Assembly: GCF_001194135.2 (NCBI RefSeq)
Contig: NC_068981.1
Coordinates: forward strand, 95,833,247-95,865,498
Source of the DNA: Octopus bimaculoides
Lineage: Eukaryota
Direction: 5' to 3'
DNA length: 32,252 nucleotides
A model generated the notes under the pieces. That model was given only the letters and a program-made list of their open reading frames with translations. It did not search any database and was not told where the DNA came from. Position numbers and translations under genes: made by a program. This document shows, one piece after another, positions 1 to 9,365 of this stretch; position 1 is the first letter of the stretch, and each line of letters begins with the position of its first letter.

Positions 1-594
1 TTCTCTCTTCTGATACGCGCCAACAGCTACCATCCCGCTTCTAATGGAATGGTTGAGCGTTTTCATAGGCAATTTAAGGCTGCCTTACACGCATCCCAAC
101 CCGCAGTCTTGGGTTAAATTTCTTCAAGGTCGACGCTAATGGTCGTACAGAGATTGTGTCTGTCGACCGTCTGAAAAAGCGTACCTTTTCAAACACCACT
201 GTCGACATCATTACCACCACACAGCAGCAGCAGCAACTCCAGCGACTCCATCAACAGCTTCGTCCAACCAAGATTACTACCGCCGTCGTATCAGCAACAC
301 GAGTCTACGACTACTACCGAGCATCGTCTTCGCCACCAGCCTCATCGCCACCAGCATTCGCCACCATAGTCAACACGACTTTAACTACGAACGACAAGAT
401 TCGCCAATATCATCAACATGATTTCTATGTACACCAATCCAAACCACCGCGGCACATCTCTCTCTCTTCAATTCTGTTAGGTGTTTCATATTCACCACGA
501 TTAATAATAGACAAGAGAATTCAGCCAGCGACGAACATCTGTATAACAAGAGCCCGGCCCGGCATCGAAGCCCCAACATCACAACAACTAGTGA
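1..594 (+). mobile_element. Ty3/Gypsy integrase pseudogene fragment plus low-complexity 3' region
   Basis: Frame +1 reads IRANSYHPASNGMVERFHRQFKAAL (integrase core end). It frameshifts to HPNPQSWVKFL, then jumps directly to FKVDANGRTEIVSVDRLK (integrase C-terminal end), implying an internal deletion. CpG-richer than the host introns. Confidence 0.88.
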
Positions 595-899
595 NNNNNN
601 NNNNNNNNNNNNNNNNNNNNNNNNNNNNNNNNNNNNNNNNNNNNNNNNNNNNNNNNNNNNNNNNNNNNNNNNNNNNNNNNNNNNNNNNNNNNNNNNNNNN
701 NNNNNNNNNNNNNNNNNNNNNNNNNNNNNNNNNNNNNNNNNNNNNNNNNNNNNNNNNNNNNNNNNNNNNNNNNNNNNNNNNNNNNNNNNNNNNNNNNNNN
801 NNNNNNNNNNNNNNNNNNNNNNNNNNNNNNNNNNNNNNNNNNNNNNNNNNNNNNNNNNNNNNNNNNNNNNNNNNNNNNNNNNNNNNNNNNNNNNNNNNN
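595..899. other. Assembly gap (others: 2550-2683, 7998-8138, 8570-8579, 9083-9330, 10315-10482, 22538-22598)
   Basis: Runs of N, mostly abutting (TA)n microsatellites. Confidence 0.99.
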
Positions 900-920
900 T
901 CTATTTTCATGCTTCCACAC

Positions 921-935
921 TCGAGGGGGAGCCAT
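921..935 (+). promoter_or_regulatory. Polypurine tract of the Gypsy element
   Basis: tcgagggggagccat immediately precedes TGTAG. Confidence 0.7.
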
Positions 936-1316
936 TGTAGTGACGTCATTTGGCGCCAAAATACAGTCGCCATTACTGCGTTTTCATCCACACATGCGCA
1001 AGGAATAGTTCCGGAAGGAACACAGGAAGAGTCTCATGCGCATGCGTGGAATTCAACATCTGAGGCGTTCCCACTCAATTCATTCTCTTTCTCGGTCGGC
1101 CGGCCATGAGCATGGTCATGTCAAGCTGTCTCTCCATCATTCCAACTCTGGGGACAGCTCACATCAACATTCCAACGTCTCAGCAACCATACCTATTTTC
1201 CTCCATAAATAAATATTGTTGTGTTGATAGTTCAGAGTCGCGTTTCGTTGTGTTTATTCCAAATTTAATATAGGAAAGCAGGTGTACACCTAATGGTGTA
1301 TAACCACTTTCCTAAA
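936..1316 (+). mobile_element. Gypsy LTR (about 381 bp)
   Basis: Begins TGTAG just after the PPT; AATAAA at 1208-1213; ends CTAAA (one mismatch from the expected CTACA), 2 nt before a tRNA-complementary TGG. Confidence 0.7.
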
Positions 1317-1318
1317 AG

Positions 1319-1350
1319 TGGTGACTCCGACGTGATTCAAACACGCAGCC
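1319..1350 (+). promoter_or_regulatory. tRNA-Trp primer-binding site / 32-nt reverse copy of the mature tRNA-Trp 3' end
   Basis: TGGTGACTCCGACGTGAT resembles the classical Trp PBS TGGTGACCCCGACGTGAT. Reverse complement GGCTGCGTGTTTGAATCACGTCGGAGTCACCA matches the tRNA-Trp T-arm and acceptor stem including CCA. Confidence 0.85.
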
Positions 1351-1678
1351 CGACACTTTCCTAAATATATATATATATATATATACATATATATAAAGTC
1401 TTTTTCAAGATACCATAAAATCTTTTAGTTTAATATCTGTATGACTGTCTTAATTAGATCACTTCAAATCAATCCTGTTTTTATAGTTTTCAAAGTTGTT
1501 TTAGATTTGAATAGTGATAATTTCATAAATTCTACATAGTTCTAAATGTAAAAAAAAAAAAATAAACCATATGAAGATTTTTTGTTCCTTGAAACATTCT
1601 TTTCCTATCTCTAAAGATAGTAATATAACTTAGTTTTAATTTAATAAACTAATTGTGAACTCATGTTCTTATTTACAG

Positions 1679-1896
1679 TTGGCTCGGCTTGAAAAAACTT
1701 TCCATCAAGCTGAGAAAGATTTAGAAAAGATCAATCGAGAAGTTGCAGCGCTTGAAGCCAAATTGAAAGAGTTAGCCCAAAATTATGAACATGCTATATA
1801 TGAGCGACAAAAATTGCAGGAAGAAGCTGATTTGATGGAAAGGCGTCTTATTGCTGCAGACAAACTGATATCAGGTCTTAGTTCTGAAAATGAAAG
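1679..1896 (+). CDS. DNAH10: Dynein exon A (stalk coiled coil; LARLEK...ENE)
   Basis: ttacag|TTG acceptor; AG|gtaaag donor; phase 0-2. Confidence 0.92.
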
Positions 1897-4800
1897 GTAA
1901 AGTCTGTGTTACTATACAACAAAATCTGTTTCTTTGTCAGTAAGTAAAGTCTGTTTAACATGGCATTTGTTTCTTTGATGCTGGAGAAAGTCTATTACAG
2001 TAGTATTCATAGTATCCATATTTTAAAGAGCTGGTAAAGTACATGTTACAGTCACATCTTTTTTCTTAAATGATACAAAATGATTGAAATTATAAGAGTG
2101 CCACTTTCTGTGATGGTGAATACAGTTTCTAATATAGTGGTACCTTCCTTTTAGATGATGGTTGAAGAATTTTGCCACTTTGCAATGGTATCTGTTTCTT
2201 GCATGCTTATAAAAGATTGCATTATCTTAGATTGTTGTCTGAAATGTAAATATATATAAACAGGGCTGTAAATAGTGTAAAAGATATTTTTCTCCAAGCA
2301 TACACTTCTACTGACTAGTTCATTTGATGATGAAGGAGATGTTGTCTTTGTCATTCCTGCTGCCACTGCTGTCATCATAGTCAACCACCTGACTGACCTC
2401 AGTATTTATTCTACCGGTCTTTTATGCTGAGCCGCTAAGTTATGGGGACATAAACACACCACCATTGGTTGTCAAATGATGGCAGGGGACAAACACAGAC
2501 ACACATGAATATATATATGCATATATATACATATACATACATACATATANNNNNNNNNNNNNNNNNNNNNNNNNNNNNNNNNNNNNNNNNNNNNNNNNNN
2601 NNNNNNNNNNNNNNNNNNNNNNNNNNNNNNNNNNNNNNNNNNNNNNNNNNNNNNNNNNNNNNNNNNNNNNNNNNNNNNNNNNNTATATATATGATAGGCT
2701 TCTTCCAGTTTCTGTCCACCAAATCCACTCACAAGGCTTTGGTCAGCCTGAAGCTATATTAGAAGATACTTGCCCAAGGTGCTACATAGTGGTAGTGGGA
2801 CTGAACCCAGGACCATGTGGTTGGGAAGCAAGCTTCTTGCCAAACAGCCATGCTTGCACTTATATATGTGTGTGTGTGTGTGTGTGAAGGCACATAGCTC
2901 AGTGGTTAGAGCATCGGGCTCACAATCATGAGGCAGTGAGTTTGATTCCCGGATCAAACTGCTTGTTGTGTTCTTGAGAAAGACTCTTTATTTCATGTTG
3001 CTCCAGTTCAGTCAGCTGTAGAAATGAGTTGTGATGTCACTGGTGCCACGCTGTATCGGCCTTTGCCTTTGCCTTGGATAACATCAGTAGCATGTAGAGG
3101 GGAGGCTGGTACACATAAGTGACTGCTGGTCTCCCATAAACAACTTTGCCTGGACTTGTGCCTCAGAGGGTAATTTTCTAGGTGCAGCCCCATGGTCATT
3201 CATGACCAAAAGAAGTGTTTACTTTTATATATATATATACACATACACAACAGGATTCTTTTAGTTTCTCTCTACTAAATATACTCACAAAGCTTTGGTT
3301 AAACTAGGACTGTGGTAGAAGGTGCCACACAATGAGATTTAAGCTCAAGACCATATTATTGGGAAGCAAGCTTCTTAATGATGCAACCAAACCTGTGCCT
3401 TTGATGTTTATTTTATTTGTGAATGACTTCTTTATTTTGTATTTGTTAGGTGGGTAAAGGATTTGGAGCAGCTAAACGAGAAAGGTATTCGTCTTTTGGG
3501 GGATTGCTTGCTGGCAGCTGGATTTCTCAGCTATGTAGGTGCCTTCAGCTGGGAATATCGCACCGAACTGATTTATAAGGAGTGGCTGAATGATTTGATC
3601 AGAAGAAATGTTCCACTCAGTACTCCATACAAACTTGAAGATATTCTTACGACTGATGTAGAAATTAGTCGGTAAGTAGTTTTTTCCCAAAGTCTCACAT
3701 AACACCAAACTGAAATGGCTTCAATACAATGCAGCAAGTGAAAATAATTGGTACACTAGAAGTATGATTGGTCTTTGGGAGTCTTGTCTGAAATTAGGAC
3801 TTACAGTACCCTGGTATAGCTAGTACTATAAATAATAATGCTGTAAAATTATACATTTCTCAGATATCTTGCTGGAAACATGATAAAATTTGCTTCCTTA
3901 ATTACATATATGGTGTTGAGATGAAGTTATTGGTTCCATAGTAGCTAAGATTAGATTTAGATGAAAGAAACTCACTGAACTATTACATTCTTTACTAATT
4001 ATATGCTTGTTTGTGTATGGAAGATGGGCTGTGAAGTATGTAAAAGATGTATGATACTGTATGATGCAGTGAAAGTTCAAGAGTAAATGTTGGTGATGTG
4101 AAGTAAATATAAAGAAACAAGTTGAGTATGATCATCTGTTTATGGACTAGACAGATTAAGTGACTTGAAAAAGTGATTTTAAAGGTATTAGAGGATGTAT
4201 ATATGTAAGATTATACTAGCTTGAACATTAAATGTTAAAGTAGATGTTTACTGGGTGAAAAGTCTTACAAGTAGATGGCAGAAGATAGCTTTAGAACTTT
4301 GAAGAGTACAGATGAAATAATGTGAAATTGAAGTTGAATTACTCTAATATTGTATTACAGACCTGTCTGACAAACACTTGCATGTAAAAGCAGGTATATA
4401 CTCAAAGATGTTCCCCTGTGATCTTTATTTACTGTTTTTTTTAAAAAACCCATGTAGTGACATCTATGTCACTACATGGGTGTCCTGGTAAGTATCTGTT
4501 TACTGGTCACCTGCTTTTAGTGAAGAACTAATCTAGTTGTTACTCTAGACGTTAGAGCCATAAATATGAATGAATATTTAAAAAGGGATTACAAGAGAAC
4601 ATGATCAAGTCTAAGAAACGAAGAGAACATGATCAAGTCTAAGAAACAAATGATCATACCAATCATCCAAAACATTCTCTTAGTATTTCCAACCTTGCCC
4701 AATCCTCTTATTGCTGGCATTTTAATAGAACTTTTGTTATTCTCCTTACAGAGATTTTATTGAAAAGGATTAGGTTGGCTTTGAGCAGTTTGACTGTCTG

Positions 4801-7800
4801 TTGACTGCATAAAAGTTTCCCACTAACTTAGGAACTAGAAATCTTTGGGATGTGGTAGTTTTATTGACTCTTAAAATTGCAAGTTTTAGTTGTAAACTCA
4901 TAAAAGACAGAGATTGATCAATGTATACTGGTCCTTTTACAAACACTAGTCACTAAAATGATTGCAATGATGAAGATAGTAAGCAATGGGAAAGTTTATG
5001 AGAAGTGTGTTTACCAGACATGTTTTCTTTTGGCCAGTTGGACATCAGAAGGCCTTCCACCAGATGAACTATCCATTCAGAATGGTATATTAACAACACG
5101 GTCGAGTCGTTTCCCATTATGTATTGACCCACAGCAGCAGGCCCTTAACTGGATCAAGAAAAAGGAAGAAGGGAAAAACCTCAAAGTAAGAGTTTCTATT
5201 GGACTTAAATTTTATGGTTAAGTTCAATGTTATATTTAATTGTTAATATAATTTACTCTAACAGAAAAAAAAAAACACACAATAATAATTCCATTTCATA
5301 TATCATCACTTGTTTTTTAATAATTTATCTAATTGTTTCATTTCCACCTGTTTTCAAAGTTGTACTCACTGCATTACTATATTATCCTCCATCAGGTGTG
5401 CACTTTCAATGATTCAGATTTCCTGAAGCAGTTAGAAATGGCTATCAAATATGGTTTTCCTTTCCTTTTCCAAGATGTTGATGAATATATTGACCCTGTC
5501 ATTAATAATGTGCTTGAGAAAAACATCAAAGGTTAGTTAAATAATTTTAAAAACCTCAATATTATATTACCACTAAGGTGGCAAACTGGGAGAATCGTTA
5601 GCACACCAGGCAAAATGCTTAGCAACATTATGCTTGTCATTAAGTTCTGAATCCAAATTCTGCCAAGGTTGGCTTTGCTTTTTATCCTTTCAGGGGCAAT
5701 AAAATAAGTTCCAGTTGAGCATTAGAGTTGATGTAATCAACTTATACTCTCCCCTGAAATTGCTGGTCTTGTGCCAAAATTTGAAATATTATAATAACAC
5801 TGTTTTCTTTTGCAATATTGATATTACAGACAATATCCTATATTCATATCCTTGTTGATTCACTTGTGTCAAATCAGAAATACTTTTTGTATAATTGGGT
5901 TTACTCAGAGATGATAATTTTGTCAGTGATATTGGCAGAAAATTTAGAGCCTATAGTTCCATGGTTCAATTCATGTCTAAGTCAATTTGGCCAATCATAC
6001 CTCTGAGATCCATAGACAATAAGAGAGGGGAAGCTATTGAAAGGCAGGATGCTTAATTTGACTCTCTTTTAAAGTTAAGCTTGAATGCTCCAAGATGGAT
6101 TTTAAGATGACTGTTGACTTAGAATAGAAATGTGTTCCAACTAAAGAAAAGGTTTATCTTCATTGTTTGATGTATAAGAAACAGGCATAAACTCCTCCTT
6201 TATAAGGCTATCAATAAAAACATTTTCACTGTGGAAATATCAAATGAAAGGCCATCAGTTTAAATCTTGCAATATACTTTATATTTGTACCAATAAGACA
6301 GACATTTTCATCTATTTGTAACAAAAATAAGCACCGTGTCCTGTATTCAGCATTAAAACCTGCAAAAACGACAGCTAAACTTTTGTTAATCATTGTCTGC
6401 TATACTACCCTGTTATGTGTCCGTTAAGATATTTAACTGTATGCATGTTATATCCACATCTGATGGTAATACAACTTTAATGTAGCTTAAACAGTCGATA
6501 GATTATATCTCTTGGGTCTTACAAATGATTGATGATAATAATTCTCACAGGTGGCCCCCAGACTAAAGAACAAAGGATGAAATAAAAATGGAGTGTTTTT
6601 TGAAGTTGTTCAATTGCATAACATAGCAGTTTACTTTTATTCACATATCGCAAGTTCTAATTCCTTAGGAAACATTCAGATATGTCTATTGTTAGAAACT
6701 AAGTTGATTGAATCACACCCAGTTTTCATATTGGTTTTGATTCAATTTGTCATAGAAGATCATAGTTGAAGTTTGAAAAATCTGCCTCATTGAACTTTAT
6801 CTTACCTATACAAACATGAAAAAGTGGACATTAAAATGATAATGACTTATTTCTAATTTATTTTAATTGCATTTGGTGAACCAAAGCATCATAGGTTCAC
6901 TTCATTTCTAAAAGTGAGAGTGATAAGGGATTGTCTGTGCGGGTGGAGCTGATATCAGATAAGGGATTGTCTGCTCAGGTGGAGCAGATATCACACACGG
7001 TTATTTTTAAATGGTTCATTGTTTTCTCTTCTCACCAGTAGTTACATATTTTTGTTAAAATATATCAACAAAAGATGCACACACACATTTATATGCATTA
7101 CACACACACACAGTTACACTCACGTACACACAGATAGGCACACATACACATACACACATGCACTATTGTTCATAAACTATTTCCTCATATGCAGCAGCAA
7201 TATCTTCTCACTGCACACTTTAGTTTAATGTGTCTGATGATTATTGTTCAAGTGCGACAACCTTCGAAAGCCAATGAGGAGGAGGAGGAGGAGGAGGCTA
7301 ATGAGATAGCTGCTAAACCAAAACCAGCTTCTACAATACCCAACAAGAAGTCTGGCAGGAGACTTCTCCCTAAACCAAAAAAGAAAAAAAAAAAAAAGGG
7401 TAAAACTTTTAATTTATGTTCAGTGAACTGTGTTGGTCAGCCTAGAACATGTAAAATGTCCAAATCATGGATTTTCACACCATCACAATGCACCGCTATA
7501 CTGTTTGTGTCACCAGCTTTTCCCAGGAATGGTATTGCATTATGTTGTCACAGTTTGAAGTTTGGCACTTTGGAATGTTTTTATTTTAGATATACAACAC
7601 ATTACACTATATATTAACACACTGGGTAAGTATTTATTTCAAATGGTTACATAAATATGTAAATGGTTGTATTGTTCTGTAAATGGTTGTATTGTTCTGT
7701 GAATAGTTGTCTGTTATGCTTTGGTCACCTGGATATATTCACTTCATGTATTCTAATGTACAAAGAAATATAGACTGGTAAGAGAATATTAAATGCAGCA

Positions 7801-7945
7801 GTCAGTCTGGACTCTCTCCTATGAAGGCATATGTAATGTTGTTTCACTTCAGTGCATGTGTTGTATAACTGGAAAGAGGTCTAGGACAGCAAGTAATTTT
7901 AATACACACACACAAACACACATGCGTGCGCACACAGACACACAC

Positions 7946-7997
<52 letters not shown>

Positions 7998-8533
7998 NNN
8001 NNNNNNNNNNNNNNNNNNNNNNNNNNNNNNNNNNNNNNNNNNNNNNNNNNNNNNNNNNNNNNNNNNNNNNNNNNNNNNNNNNNNNNNNNNNNNNNNNNNN
8101 NNNNNNNNNNNNNNNNNNNNNNNNNNNNNNNNNNNNNNATGCAGATCTATTGTAAAGACTTTATTATGACCTATGATCATTTCGATGCAGATCCATTGTA
8201 AAGACTTTATTATGACCTATGATCATTTCGATGCAGATCCATTGTAAAGACTTTATTATGACCTATGATCATTTCGATGCAGATCTATTGTAAAGACTTT
8301 ATTATGACCTATGATCATTTCGATGCAGATCCATTGTAAAGACTTTATTATGACCTATGATCATTTCGATGCAATTGCATCGAAATGATCATAGGTCATA
8401 ATAAAGTCTTTACAATGGATCAGATTTCAGCTCTTATTTTAATCGATATAAATACAAAAAATCACTTGTTAGTATTTTGCTACATTTGATAATAAATACA
8501 ATATTTTTGCCAAATTTTGGTATAAATCTATAA

Positions 8534-8569
<36 letters not shown>

Positions 8570-8587
8570 NNNNNNNNNNATCTATAA

Positions 8588-8639
<52 letters not shown>

Positions 8640-9329
8640 GGATATGATGAAAGCTACATAGCTGAAACTGAAGTAAATGTCAACTTTTCTTTATAAAAAT
8701 ACAATACTGGAAGGTATTGAGTAATTTTTCAATTTAATGTTTGACTGATTTTTTATATAACAATACATAAAATCAAATCTTAATATATGCAGAATTATAC
8801 ATCTTTATATATATATATAGGCGTAGGAGTGGCTGTGTGGTAAGTAGCTTGCTTACCAACCACATGGTCCCGGGTTCAGTCTCACTGCGTGGCATCTTGG
8901 GCAAGTGTCTTCTACTATAGCCTCGGGCCGACCAAAGCCTTGTGAGTGGATTTGGTAGACGGAAACTGAAAGAAGCCCGTCGTATGTATGTATATATATA
9001 TGTATGTGTGTGTGTGTTTGTGTGTCTGTCTTTTCCCCCCCAACATCGCTTGACAACCGATGCTGGTGTGTTTATGTCCCCGNNNNNNNNNNNNNNNNNN
9101 NNNNNNNNNNNNNNNNNNNNNNNNNNNNNNNNNNNNNNNNNNNNNNNNNNNNNNNNNNNNNNNNNNNNNNNNNNNNNNNNNNNNNNNNNNNNNNNNNNNN
9201 NNNNNNNNNNNNNNNNNNNNNNNNNNNNNNNNNNNNNNNNNNNNNNNNNNNNNNNNNNNNNNNNNNNNNNNNNNNNNNNNNNNNNNNNNNNNNNNNNNNN
9301 NNNNNNNNNNNNNNNNNNNNNNNNNNNNN

Positions 9330-9365
<36 letters not shown>

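Noticed and set aside
156-1109. 317-aa ORF
   Set aside because: It spans a 305-N gap and joins a frameshifted integrase tail to LTR sequence; not a gene.
2887-2960. tRNA genes at SINE heads (also 8820 and 28800)
   Set aside because: A/B boxes are present but there is no complete cloverleaf or poly-T terminator, and they run into repeat bodies.
3450-3456. Exon B starts GTGGGT (recursive-splice-like); exons D, H, L and M also start with GT
   Set aside because: This is the ordinary AG|GT proto-splice-site bias and follows from the Arg-Trp or Val codons; there is no independent evidence.
7661-7700. Short tandem duplications (also 4593-4647, 6922-6993, about 26030-26075) and a CAA/CAG tract at 21675-21740
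   Set aside because: Ordinary slippage products with no further structure.
8139-8368. 46-bp repeats as a CRISPR array
   Set aside because: Units are directly adjacent with no unique spacers, there are no cas genes, and the context is a eukaryotic intron.
8525-8630. Duplicated aatctataaata(CA)n block
   Set aside because: The two copies sit either side of a 10-N placeholder, typical of unmerged overlapping contig ends.
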